Below are positions 45,001 to 60,000 of a DNA stretch of 64,000 nucleotides, in pieces (position 1 is the first letter of the stretch; each line of letters opens with the position of its first letter). The stretch is from Eledone cirrhosa (taxonomy: Eukaryota). The notes below the pieces were generated by a model. That model worked only from the letters and a program-made list of their open reading frames with translations, did no database searches and was not told where the DNA came from. The stretch spans positions 150,412,001-150,476,000 of the forward strand of contig OZ024741.1 of assembly GCA_964016885.1 (NCBI GenBank), given 5' to 3'. The position numbers were made by a program, and so were the translations under genes.

Positions 45001-48000
45001 ATGCTGGAGGGAGGATATTAACACTATATCTTCTGTTTTACTGGTGCTAGACTACGGCCATGCTGGAGGGAAGACATTAACACTATATCTTCTGTTCTGC
45101 TGTTGGTAGACTACGGCCATGCTGGAGGGAAGACATTAACACTATATCTTCTGTTCTGCTGTTGGTAGACTACGGCCATGCTGGAGAGAAGACATTAACA
45201 CTATATCTTCTGTTCTGCTGTTGCTAGACTACGGCCATGCTGGAGGGAAGACATTAACACTATATCTTCTGTTCTGCTGTTGGTAGACTACGGCCATGCT
45301 GGAGGGAAGACATTAACACTATATCTTCTGTTCTGCTGTTGGTAGACTACGGCCATGCTGGAGGGAGGATATTAACACTATATCTTCTGTTTTACTGGTG
45401 CTAGACTACGGCCATGCTGGAGGGAAGACATTAACACTATATCTTCTGTTCTGCTGTTGGTAGACTACGGCCATGCTGGAGGGAAGACATTAACACTATA
45501 TCTTCTATTCTGCTGTTGGTAGACTACGGCCATGCTGGAGAGAAGACATTAACACTATATCTTCTGTTCTGCTGTTGCTAGACTACGGCCATGCTGGAGG
45601 GAAGACATTAACACTATATCTTCTGTTCTGCTGTTGCTAGACTAGGGCCATGCTGGAGGGAAGACATTAACACTATATCCCCTGTTCTGCTGTCGCTAGA
45701 CTACGGCCATGCTGGAGGGCAGACGTTAACACTATATCTTCTGTTCTGCTGTTGCTAGACTACGGCCATGCTGGAGGGCAGACGTTAACACTATATCTTC
45801 TGTTCTGCTGTTGCTAGACTACGGCCATGCTGGAGGGCAGACCTTAACACCATATCCTCTGTTTTGCTGGTGCTAGACTACGGCCATGCTGGAGGGCAGA
45901 CGTTAACACTATATCTTCTGTTCTGCTGTTGCTAGACTACGGCCATGCTGGAGGGAAGACATTAACACTATATCTTCTGTTATGCTGTTGGTAGACTACG
46001 GCCATGCTGGAGGGAAGACATTAACACTATATCTTCTGTTCTGCTGTTGCTAGACTACGGCCATGCTGGAGGGCAGACGTTAACACTATATCTCCTGTTC
46101 TGCTGTTGCTAGACTACGGCCATGCTGGAGGACAGACGTTAACACTATATCTTCTGTTCTGCTGTTGGTAGACTACGGCCATGCTGGAGGGAAGACATTA
46201 ACACTATATCTTCTGTTCTGCTGTTGGTAGACTACGGCCATGCTGGAGGGAAGACATTAACACTATATCTTCTGTTCTGCTGTTGCTAGACTACGGCCAT
46301 GCTGGAGGGAAGACATTAACACTATATCTTCTGTTTTGCTGGTGCTAGACTACGGCCATGCTGGAGGGAAGACATTAACACTATATCTTCTGTTCTGCTG
46401 TTGGTAGACTACGGCCATGCTGGAGGGAAGACATTAACACTATATCTTCTGTTCTGCTGTTGGTAGACTACGGCCATGCTGGAGGGAGGATATTAACACT
46501 ATATCTTCTGTTTTGCTGTTGGTAGACTACGGCCATGCTGGAGGGAAGACATTAACACTATATCTTCTGTTCTACTGTTGGTAGACTACGGCCATGCTGG
46601 AGGGAGGATATTAACACTATATCTTCTGTTTTGCTGTTGGTAGACTACGGCCATGCTGGAGGGAAGACATTAACACTATATCTTCTGTTCTGCTGTTGGT
46701 AGACTACGGCCATGCTGGAGGGAAGACATTAACACTATATCTTCTGTTCTGCTGTTGGTAGACTACGGCCATGCTGGAGGGAGGATATTAACACTATATC
46801 TTCTGTTTTACTGGTGCTAGACTACGGCCATGCTGGAGGGAAGACATTAACACTATATCTTCTGTTCTGCTGTTGGTAGACTACGGCCATGCTGGAGGGA
46901 AGACATTAACACTATATCTTCTGTTCTGCTGTTGGTAGACTACGGCCATGCTGGAGGGAGGATATTAACACTATATCTTCTGTTTTGCTGTTGGTAGACT
47001 ACGGCCATGCTGGAGGGAAGACATTAACACTATATCTTCTGTTCTACTGTTGGTAGACTTCGGCCATGCTGGAGGGAGGATATTAACACTATATCTTCTG
47101 TTCTACAGTTGGTAGACTACGGCCATGCTGGAGGGAGGATATTAACACTATATCTTTTGTTTTGCTGTTGGTAGACTACGGCCATGCTGGAGGGAAGACA
47201 TTAACACTATATCTTCTGTTCTGCTGTTGGTAGACTACGGCCATTCTGGAGGGAGGATATTAACACTATATCTTCTGTTTTGCTGTTGGTAGACTACGGC
47301 CATGCTGTAGGGAAGACATTAACACTATATCTTCTGTTCTACTGTTGGTAGACTACGGCCATGCTGGAGGGAAGACATTAACACTATATCTTCTGTTCTG
47401 CTGTTGGTAGACTACGGCCATGCTGGAGGGAGGATATTAACACTATATCTTCTGTTTTACTGGTGCTAGACTACGGCCATGCTGGAGGGAAGACATTAAC
47501 ACTATATCTTCTGTTCTGCTGTTGGTAGACTACGGCCATGCTGGAGGGAAGACATTAACACTATATCTTCTGTTCTGCTGTTGGTAGACTACGGCCATGC
47601 TGGAGAGAAGACATTAACACTATATCTTCTGTTCTGCTGTTGCTAGACTACGGCCATGCTGGAGGGAAGACATTAACACTATATCTTCTGTTCTGCTGTT
47701 GGTAGACTACGGCCATGCTGGAGGGAAGACATTAACACTATAACTTCTGTTCTGCTGTTGGTAGACTACGGCCATGCTGGAGGGAGGATATTAACACTAT
47801 ATCTTCTGTTTTACTGGTGCTAGACTACGGCCATGCTGGAGGGAAGACATTAACACTATATCTTCTGTTCTGCTGTTGGTAGACTACGGCCATTCTGGAG
47901 GGAGGATATTAACACTATATCTTCTGTTTTGCTGTTGGTAGACTACGGCCATGCTGGAGGGAAGACATTAACACTATATCTTCTGTTCTACTGTTGGTAG

Positions 48001-51000
48001 ACTACGGCCATGCTGGAGGGAAAACATTAACACTATATCTTCTGTTCTGCTGTTGGTAGACTACGACCATGCTGGAGGGAGGATATTAACACTATATCTT
48101 CTGTTTTACTGGTGCTAGACTACGGCCATGCTGGAGGGAAGACATTAACACTATATCTTCTGTTCTGCTGTTGGTAGACTACGGCCATGCTGGAGGTCAG
48201 ACATTAACACTATATCTTCTGTTCTGCTGTTGGTAGACTACGGCCATGCTGGAGGGAAGACATTAACACTATATCTTCTGTTCTGATGTTGGTAGACTAC
48301 GGCCATGCTGGAGGGAGGATATTAACACTATATCTTCTGTTTTACTGGTGCTAGACTACGGCCATGCTGGAGGGAAGACATTAACACTATATCTTCTGTT
48401 CTGCTGTTGGTAGACTACGGCCATGCTGGAGGGAAGACATTAACACTATATCTTCTGTTCTGCTGTTGGTAGACTACGGCCATGCTGGAGAGAAGACATT
48501 AACACTATATCTTCTGTTCTGCTGTTGCTAGACTACGGCCATGCTGGAGGGAAGACATTAACACTATATCTTCTGTTCTGCTGTTGGTAGACTACGGCCA
48601 TGCTGGAGGGAAGACATTAACACTATATCTTCTGTTCTGCTGTTGGTAGACTACGGCCATGCTGGAGGGAGGATATTAACACTATATCTTCTGTTTTACT
48701 GGTGCTAGACTACGGCCATGCTGGAGGGAAGACATTAACACTATATCTTCTGTTCTGCTGTTGGTAGACTACGGCCATGCTGGAGGGAAGACATTAACAC
48801 TATATCTTCTGTTCTGCTGTTGGTAGAGTACGGCCATGCTGGAGGGAAGACATTAACACTATATCTTCTGTTCTGCTGTTGCTAGACTACGGCCATGCTG
48901 GAGGGAAGACATTAACACTATATCTGCTGTTCTGCTGTTGCTAGACTACGGCCATGCTGGAGGGCAGACGTTAACACTATATATTCTGTTCTGCTGTTGC
49001 TAGACTACGGCCATGCTGGAGGGCAGACGTTAACACTATATCTTCTGTTCTGCTGTTGCTAGACTACGGCCATGCTGGAGGGCAGACCTTAACACCATAT
49101 CTTCTGTTTTGCTGGTGCTAGACTACGGCCATGCTGGAGGGCAGACGTTAACACTATATCTTCTGTTCTGCTGTTGCTAGACTACGGCCATGCTGGAGGG
49201 AAGACATTAACACTATATCTTCTGTTATGCTGTTGGTAGACTACGGCCATGCTGGAGGGAAGACATTAACACTATATCTTCTGTTCTGCTGTTGCTAGAC
49301 TACGGCCATGATGGAGGGCAGACGTTAACACTATATCTCCTGTTCTGCTGTTGCTAGACTACGGCCATGCTGGAGGGCAGACGTTAACACTATATCTTCT
49401 GTTCTGCTGTTGGTAGACTACGGCCATGCTGGAGGGAAGACATTAACACTATATCTTCTGTTCTGCTGTTGGTAGACTACGGCCATGCTGGAGGGAAGAC
49501 ATTAACACTATATCTTCTGTTCTGCTGTTGCTAGATTACGGCCATGCTGGAGGGAAGACATTAACACTATATCTTCTGTTTTGCTGGTGCTAGACTACGG
49601 CCATGCTGGAGGGAAGACATTAACACTATATCTTCTGTTCTGCTGTTGGTAGACTACGGCCATTCTGGAGTGAGGATATTAACACTATATCTTCTGTTTT
49701 GCTGTTGGTAGACTACGGCCATGCTGGAGGGAAGACATTAACACTATATCTTCTGTTCTACTGTTGGTAGACTATGGCCATGCTGGAGGGAGGATATTAA
49801 CACTATATCTTCTGTTTTGCTGTTGGTAGACTACGGCCATGCTGGAGGGAAGACATTAACACTATATCTTCTGTTCTGCTGTTGGTAGACTACGGCCATG
49901 CTGGAGGGAAGACATTAACACTATATCTTCTGTTCTGCTGTTGGTAGACTACGGCCATGCTGGAGGGAGGATATTAACACTATATCTTCTGTTTTACTGG
50001 TGCTAGACTACGGCCATGCTGGAGGGAAGACATTAACACTATATCTTCTGTTCTGCTGTTGGTAGACTACGGCCATGCTGGAGGGAAGACATTAACACTA
50101 TATCTTCTGTTCTGCTGTTGGTAGACTACGGCCATGCTGGAGGGAGGATATTAAAACTATATCTTCTGTTTTGCTGTTGGTAGACTACGGCCATGCTGGA
50201 GGGAAGACATTAACACTATATCTTCTGTTCTACTGTTGGTAGACTACGGCCATGCTGGAGGGAGGATATTAACACTATATCTTCTGTTCTACTGTTGGTA
50301 GACTACGGCCATGCTGGAGGGAGGATATTAACACTATATCTTTTGTTTTGCTGTTGGTAGACTACGGCCATGCTGGAGGGAAGACATTAACACTATATCT
50401 TCTGTTCTGCTGTTGGTAGACTACGGCCATTCTGGAGGGAGGATATTAACACTATATCTTCTGTTTTGCTGTTGGTAGACTACGGCCATGCTGGAGGGAA
50501 GACATTAACACTATATCTTCTGTTCTACTGTTGGTAGACTACGGCCATGCTGGAGGGAAGACATTAACACTATATCTTCTGTTCTGCTGTTGGTAGACTA
50601 CGGCCATGCTGGAGGGAGGATATTAACACTATATCTTCTGTTTTACTGGTGCAAGACTACGGCCATGCTGGAGGGAAGACATTAACACTATATCTTCTGT
50701 TCTGATGTTGGTAGACTACGGCCATGCTGGAGGGAAGACATTAACACTATATCTTCTGTTCTGCTGTTGGTAGACTACGGCCATGCTGGAGGGAGGATAT
50801 TAACACTATATCTTCTGTTTTACTGGTGCTAGACTACGGCCATGCTGGAGGGAAGACATTAACACTATATCTTCTGTTCTGCTGTTGGTAGACTACGGCC
50901 ATGCTGGAGGGAAGACATTAACACTATATCTTCTGTTCTGCTGTTGGTAGACTACGGCCATGCTGGAGAGAAGACATTAACACTATATCTTCTGTTCTGC

Positions 51001-54000
51001 TGTTGCTAGACTACGGCCATGCTGGAGGGAAGACATTAACACTATATCTTCTGTTCTGCTGTTGGTAGACTACGGCCATGCTGGAGGGAGGATATTAAAA
51101 CTATATCTTCTGTTTTGCTGTTGGTAGACTACGGCCATGCTGGAGGGAAGACATTAACACTATATCTTCTGTTCTACTGTTGGTAGACTACGGCCATGCT
51201 GGAGAGAAGACATTAACACTATATCTTCTGTTCTGCTGTTGCTAGACTACGGCCATGCTGGAGGGAAGACATTAACACTATATCTTCTGTTCTGCTGTTG
51301 GTAGACTACGGCCATGCTGGAGGGAAGACATTAACACTATATCTTCTGTTCTGCTGTTGGTAGACTACGGCCATGCTGGAGGGAGGATATTAAAACTATA
51401 TCTTCTGTTTTGCTGTTGGTAGACTACGGCCATGCTGGAGGGAAGACATTAACACTATATCTTCTGTTCTACTGTTGGTAGACTACGGCCATGCTGGAGG
51501 GAGGATATTAACACTATATCTTCTGTTCTACTGTTGGTAGACTACGGCCATGCTGGAGGGAAGACATTAACACTATATCTTCTGTTCTGCTGTTGGTAGA
51601 CTACGGCCATTCTGGAGGGAGGATATTAACACTATATCTTCTGTTTTGCTGTTGGTAGACTACGGCCATGCTGGAGGGAAGACATTAACACTATATCTTC
51701 TGTTCTACTGTTGGTAGACTACGGCCATGCTGGAGGGAAGACATTAACACTATATCTTCTGTTCTGCCGTTGGTAGACTACGGCCATGCTGGAGGGAGGA
51801 TATTAACACTATATCTTCTGTTTTAATGGTGCAAGACTACGGCCATGCTGGAGGGAAGACATTAACACTATATATTCTGTTCTGATGTTGGTAGACTACG
51901 GCCATGCTGGAGGGAAGACATTAACACTATATCTTCTGTTCTGCTGTTGGTAGACTACGGCCATGATGGAGGGAGGATATTAACACTATATCTTCTGTTT
52001 TACTGGTGCTAGACTACGGCCATGCTGGAGGGAAGACATTAACGCTATATCTTCTGTTCTGCTGTTGGTAGACTACGGCCATGCTGGAGGGAAGACATTA
52101 ACACTATATCTTCTGTTCTGCTGTTGGTAGACTACGGCCATGCTGGAGGGAGGATATTAACACTATATCTTCTGTTTTACTGGTGCTAGACTACGGCCAT
52201 GCTGGAGGGAAGACATTAACACTATATCTTCTGTTCTGCTGTTGGTAGACTACGGCCATGCTGGAGGGAAGACATTAACACTATATCTTCTGTTCTGCTG
52301 TTGGTAGACTACGGCCATGCTGGAGAGAAGACATTAACACTATATCTTCTGTTCTGCTGTTGATAGACTACGGCCATGCTGGAGGGAAGACATTAACACT
52401 ATATCTTCTGTTCTGCTGTTGGTAGACTACGGCCATGCTGGAGGGAAGACATTAACACTATATCTTCTGTTCTGCTGTTGGTAGACTACGGCCATGCTGG
52501 AGGGAGGATATTAAAACTATATCTTCTGTTTTGCTGTTGGTAGACTACGGCCATGCTGGAGGGAAGACATTAACACTATATCTTCTGTTCTACTGTTGGT
52601 AGACTACGGCCATGCTGGAGGGAGGATATTAACACTATATCTTCTGTTCTACTGTTGGTAGACTACGGCCATGCTGGAGGGAGGATATTAACACTATATC
52701 TTTTGTTTTGCTGTTGGTAGACTACGGCCATGCTGGAGGGAAGACATTAACACTATATCTTCTGTTCTGCTGTTGGTAGACTACGGCCATTCTGGAGGGA
52801 GGATATTAACACTATATCTTCTGTTTTGCTGTTGGTAGACTACGGCCATGCTGGAGGGAAGACATTAACACTATATCTTCTGTTCTACTGTTGGTAGACT
52901 ACGGCCATGCTGGAGGGAAGACATTAACACTATATCTTCTGTTCTGCTGTTGGTAGACTACGGCCATGCTGGAGGGAGGATATTAACACTATATCTTCTG
53001 TTTTACTGGTGCAAGACTACGGCCATGCTGGAGGGAAGACATTAACACTATATCTTCTGTTCTGATGTTGGTAGACTACGGCCATGCTGGAGGGAAGACA
53101 TTAACACTATATCTTCTGTTCTGCTGTTGGTAGACTACGGCCATGCTGGAGGGAGGATATTAACACTATATCTTCTGTTTTACTGGTGCTAGACTACGGC
53201 CATGCTGGAGGGAAGACATTAACGCTATATCTTCTGTTCTGCTGTTGGTAGACTACGGCCATGCTGGAGGGAAGACATTAACACTATATCTTCTGTTCTG
53301 CTGTTGGTAGACTACGGCCATGCTGGAGGGAGGATATTAACACTATATCTTCTGTTTTACTGGTGCTAGACTACGGCCATGCTGGAGGGAAGACATTAAC
53401 ACTATATCTTCTGTTCTGCTGTTGGTAGACTACGGCCATGCTGGAGGGAAGACATTAACACTATATCTTCTGTTCTGCTGTTGGTAGACTACGGCCATGC
53501 TGGAGAGAAGACATTAACACTATATCTTCTGTTCTGCTGTTGCTAGACTACGGCCATGCTGGAGGGAAGACATTAACACTATATCTTCTGTTCTGCTGTT
53601 GGTAGACTACGGCCATGCTGGAGGGAAGACATTAACACTATATCTTCTGTTCTGCTGTTGGTAGACTACGGCCATGCTGGAGGGAGGATATTAACACTAT
53701 ATCTTCTGTTTTGCTGTTGGTAGACTACGGCCATGCTGGAGGGAAGACATTAACACTATATCTTCTGTTCTGCTGTTGGTAGACTACGGCCATGCTGGAG
53801 GGAAGACATTAACACTATATCTTCTGTACTGCTGTTGGTAGACTACGGCCATGCTGGAGGGAGGATATTAACACTATATCTTCTGTTTTACTGGTGCTAG
53901 ACTACGGCCACGCTGGAGGGAAGACATTAACACTATATCTTCTGTTCTGCTGTTGGTAGACTACGGCCATGCTGGAGGGAAGACATTAACACTATATCTT

Positions 54001-57000
54001 CTGTTCTGCTGTTGGTAGACTACGGCCATGCTGGAGGGAGGATATTAACACTATATCTTCTGTTTTGCTGTTGGTAGACTACGGCCATGCTGGAGGGAAG
54101 ACATTAACACTATATCTTCTGTTCTACTGTTGGTAGACTACGGCCATGCTGGAGGGAGGATATTAACACTATATCTTCTGTTCTACTGTTGGTAGACTAC
54201 GGCCATGCTGGAGGGAGGATATTAACACTATATCTTTTGTTTTGCTGTTGGTAGACTACGGCCATGCTGGAGGGAAGACATTAACACTATATCTTCTGTT
54301 CTGCTGTTGGTAGACTACGGCCATTCTGGAGGGAGGATATTAACACTATATCTTCTGTTTTGCTGTTGGTAGACTACGGCCATGCTGGAGGGAAGACATT
54401 AACACTATATCTTCTGTTCTACTGTTGGTAGACTACGGCCATGCTGGAGGGAAGACATTAACACTATATCTTCTGTTCTGCTGTTGGTAGACTACGGCCA
54501 TGCTGGAGGGAGGATATTAACACTATATCTTCTGTTTTACTGGTGCTAGACTACGGCCATGCTGGAGGGAAGACATTAACACTATATCTTCTGTTCTGCT
54601 GTTGGTAGACTACGGCCATGCTGGAGGGAAGACATTAACACTATATCTTCTGTTCTGCTGTTGGTAGACTACGGCCATGCTGGAGGGAGGATATTAACAC
54701 TATATCTTCTGTTTTACTGGTGCTAGACTACGGCCATGCTGGAGGGAAGACATTAACACTATATCTTCTGTTCTGCTGTTGGTAGACTACGGCCATGCTG
54801 GAGGGAAGACATTAACACTATATCTTCTGTTCTGCTGTTGGTAGACTACGGCCATGCTGGAGGGAGGATATTAACACTATATCTTCTGTTTTACTGGTGC
54901 TAGACTACGGCCATGCTGGAGGGAAGACATTAACACTATATCTTCTGTTCTGCTGTTGGTAGACTACGGCCATGCTGGAGGGAAGACATTAACACTATAT
55001 CTTCTGTTCTGCTGTTGGTAGACTACGGCCATGCTGGAGAGAAGACATTAACACTATATCTTCTGTTCTGCTGTTGCTAGACTACGGCCATGCTGGAGGG
55101 AAGACATTAACACTATATCTTCTGTTCTGCTGTTGGTAGACTACGGCCATGCTGGAGGGAGGATATTAAAACTATATCTTCTGTTTTGCTGTTGGTAGAC
55201 TACGGCCATGCTGGAGGGAAGACATTAACACTATATCTTCTGTTCTACTGTTGGTAGACTACGGCCATGCTGGAGAGAAGACATTAACACTATATCTTCT
55301 GTTCTGCTGTTGCTAGACTACGGCCATGCTGGAGGGAAGACATTAACACTATATCTTCTGTTCTGCTGTTGGTAGACTACGGCCATGCTGGAGGGAAGAC
55401 ATTAACACTATATCTTCTGTTCTGCTGTTGGTAGACTACGGCCATGCTGGAGGGAGGATATTAAAACTATATCTTCTGTTTTGCTGTTGGTAGACTACGG
55501 CCATGCTGGAGGGAAGACATTAACACTATATCTTCTGTTCTACTGTTGGTAGACTACGGCCATGCTGGAGGGAGGATATTAACACTATATCTTCTGTTCT
55601 ACTGTTGGTAGACTACGGCCATGCTGGAGGGAGGATATTAACACTATATCTTTTGTTTTGCTGTTGGTAGACTACGGCCATGCTGGAGGGAAGACATTAA
55701 CACTATATCTTCTGTTCTGCTGTTGGTAGACTACGGCCATTCTGGAGGGAGGATATTAACACTATATCTTCTGTTTTGCTGTTGGTAGACTACGGCCATG
55801 CTGGAGGGAAGACATTAACACTATATCTTCTGTTCTACTGTTGGTAGACTACGGCCATGCTGGAGGGAAGACATTAACACTATATCTTCTGTTCTGCTGT
55901 TGGTAGACTACGGCCATGCTGGAGGGAGGATATTAACACTATATCTTCTGTTTTAATGGTGCAAGACTACGGCCATGCTGGAGGGAAGACATTAACACTA
56001 TATCTTCTGTTCTGATGTTGGTAGACTACGGCCATGCTGGAGGGAAGACATTAACACTATATCTTCTGTTCTGCTGTTGGTAGACTACGGCCATGCTGGA
56101 GGGAGGATATTAACACTATATCTTCTGTTTTACTGGTGCTAGACTACGGCCATGCTGGAGGGAAGACATTAACGCTATATCTTCTGTTCTGCTGTTGGTA
56201 GACTACGGCCATGCTGGAGGGAAGACATTAACACTATATCTTCTGTTCTGCTGTTGGTAGACTACGGCCATGCTGGAGGGAAGATATTAACACTATATCT
56301 TCTGTTTTACTGGTGCTAGACTACGGCCATGCTGGAGGGAAGACATTAACACTATATCTTCTGTTCTGCTGTTGGTAGACTACGGCCATGCTGGAGGGAA
56401 GACATTAACACTATATCTTCTGTTCTGCTGTTGGTAGACTACGGCCATGCTGGAGAGAAGACATTAACACTATATCTTCTGTTCTGCTGTTGCTAGACTA
56501 CGGCCATGCTGGAGGGAAGACATTAACACTATATCTTCTGTTCTGCTGTTGGTAGACTACGGCCATGCTGGAGGGAAGACATTAACACTATATCTTCTGT
56601 TCTGCTGTTGGTAGACTACGGCCATGCTGGAGGGAGGATATTAACACTATATCTTCTGTTTTGCTGTTGGTAGACTACGGCCATGCTGGAGGGAAGACAT
56701 TAACACTATATCTTCTGTTCTGCTGTTGGTAGACTACGGCCATGCTGGAGGGAAGACATTAACACTATATCTTCTGTACTGCTGTTGGTAGACTACGGCC
56801 ATGCTGGAGGGAGGATATTAACACTATATCTTCTGTTTTACTGGTGCTAGACTACGGCCACGCTGGAGGGAAGACATTAACACTATATCTTCTGTTCTGC
56901 TGTTGGTAGACTACGGCCATGCTGGAGGGAAGACATTAACACTATATCTTCTGTTCTGCTGTTGGTAGACTACGGCCATGCTGGAGGGAGGATATTAAAA

Positions 57001-60000
57001 CTATATCTTCTGTTTTGCTGTTGGTAGACTACGGCCATGCTGGAGGGAAGACATTAACACTATATCTTCTGTTCTACTGTTGGTAGACTACGGCCATGCT
57101 GGAGGGAAGACATTAACACTATATCTTCTGTTCTGCTGTTGGTAGACTACGGCCATGCTGGAGGGAGGATATTAACACTATATCTTCTGTTTTACTGGTG
57201 CTAGACTACGGCCATGCTGGAGGGAAGACATTAACACTATATCTTCTGTTCTGCTGTTGGTAGACTACGGCCATGCTGGAGGGAAGACATTAACACTATA
57301 TCTTCTGTTCTGCTGTTGGTAGACTACGGCCATGCTGGAGGGAGGATATTAACACTATATCTTCTGTTTTACTGGTGCTAGACTACGGCCATGCTGGAGG
57401 GAAGACATTAACACTATATCTTCTGTTCTGCTGTTGGTAGACTACGGCCATGCTGGAGGGAAGACATTAACTCTATATCTTCTGTTCTGCTGTTGGTAGA
57501 CTACGGCCATGCTGGAGGGAGGATATTAACACTATATCTTCTGTTTTACTGGTGCTAGACTACGGCCATGCTGGAGGGAAGACATTAACACTATATCTTC
57601 TGTTCTGCTGTTGGTAGACTACGGCCATGCTGGAGGGAAGACATTAACACTATATCTTCTGTTCTGCTGTTGGTAGACTACGGCCATGCTGGAGAGAAGA
57701 CATTAACACTATATCTTCTGTTCTGCTGTTGCTAGACTACGGCCATGCTGGAGGGAAGACATTAACACTATATCTTCTGTTCTGCTGTTGGTAGACTACG
57801 GCCATGCTGGAGGGAAGACATTAACACTATATCTTCTGTTCTGCTGTTGGTAGACTACGGCCATGCTAGAGGGAGGATATTAACACTATATCTTCTGTTT
57901 TACTGGTGCTAGACTACGGCCATGCTGGAGGGAAGACATTAACACTATATCTTCTGTTCTGCTGTTGATAGACTACGGCCATGCTGGAGGGAAGACATTA
58001 ACACTATATCTTCTGTTCTGCTGTTGGTAGACTACGGCCATGCTGGAGAGAAGACATTAACACTATATCTTCTGTTCTGCTGTTGCTAGACTACGGCCAT
58101 GCTGGAGGGAAGACATTAACACTATATCTTCTGTTCTGCTGTTGCTAGACTACGGCCATGCTGGAGGGAAGACATTAACACTATATGTCCTGTTCTGCTG
58201 TCGCTAGACTACGGCCATGCTGGAGGGAAGACATTAACACTATATCTTTTGTTCTGCTGTTGGTAGACTACGGCCATGCTGGAGGGAAGACATTAACACT
58301 ATATCTTCTGTTCTGCTGTTGGTAGAGTACGGCCATGCTGGAGGGAAGACATTAACACTATATCTTCTGTTCTGCTGTTGCTAGACTACGGCCATGCTGG
58401 AGGGAAGACATTAACACTATATCTGCTGTTCTGCTGTTGCTAGACTACGGCCATTCTGGAGGGCAGACGTTAACACTATATCTTCTGTTCTGCTGTTGCT
58501 AGACTACGGCCATGCTGGAGGGCAGACGTTAACACTATATCTTCTGTTCTGCTGTTGCTAGACTACGGCCATGCTGGAGGGCAGACCTTAACACCATATC
58601 TTCTGTTTTGCTGGTGCTAGACTACGGCCATGCTGGAGGGCAGACGTTAACACTATATCTTCTGTTCTGCTGTTGCTAGACTACGGCCATGCTGGAGGGA
58701 AGACATTAACACTATATCTTCTGTTATGCTGTTGGTAGACTACGGCCATGCTGGAGGGAAGACATTAACACTATATCTTCTGTTCTGCTGTTGCTAGACT
58801 ACGGCCATGCTGGAGGGCAGACGTTAACACTATATCTTCTGTTCTGCTGTTGCTAGACTACGGCCATGCTGGAGGGCAGACGTTAACACTATATCTTCTG
58901 TTCTGCTGTTGGTAGACTACGGCCATGCTGGAGGGAAGACATTAACACTATATCTTCTGTTCTGCTGTTGGTAGACTACGGCCATGCTGGAGGGAAGACA
59001 TTAACACTATATCTTCTGTTCTGCTGTTGCTAGATTACGGCCATGCTGGAGGGAAGACATTAACACTATATCTTCTGTTTTGCTGGTGCTAGACTACGGC
59101 CATGCTGGAGGGAAGACATTAACACTATATCTTCTGTTCTGCTGTTGCTAGACTACGGCCATGCTGGAGGGAAGACATTAACACTATATCTTCTGTTCTG
59201 CTGTTGATAGACTACGGCCATGCTGGAGGGAAGACATTAACACTATATCTTCTGTTCTGCTGTTGGTAGACTACGGCCATGCTGGAGGGAAGACATTAAC
59301 ACTATATCTTCTGTTCTGCTGTTGGTATACTACGGCCATTCTGGAGGGAGGATATTAACACTATATCTTCTGTTTTGCTGTTGGTAGACTACGGCCATGC
59401 TGGAGGGAAGACATTAACACTATATCTTCTGTTCTACTGTTGGTAGACTACGGCCATGCTGGAGGGAGGATATTAACACTATATCTTCTGTTTTGCTGTT
59501 GGTAGACTACGGCCATGCTGGAGGGAAGACATTAACACTATATCTTCTGTTCTGCTGTTGGTAGACTACGGCCATGCTGGAGGGAGGATATTAACACTAT
59601 ATCTTCTGTTTTACTGGTGCTAGACTACGGCCATGCTGGAGGGAAGACATTAACACTATATCTTCTGTTCTGCTGTTGGTAGACTACGACCATGCTGGAG
59701 GGAAGACATTAACACTATATCTTCTGTTTTGCTGGTGCTAGACTACGACCATGCTGGAGGGAAGACATTAACACTATATCTTCTGTTCTGCTGTTGCTAG
59801 ACTACGACCATGCTGGAGGGAAGACATTAACACTATATCTTCTGTTCTGCTGTTGCTAGACTACGGCCATGCTGGAGGGAAGACATTAACACTATATCTT
59901 CTGTTCTGCTGTTGCTAGACTACGGCCATGCTGGAGGGAAGACATTAACACTATATCTTCTGTTTTGCTGGTGCTAGACTACGACCATGCTGGAGGGAAG

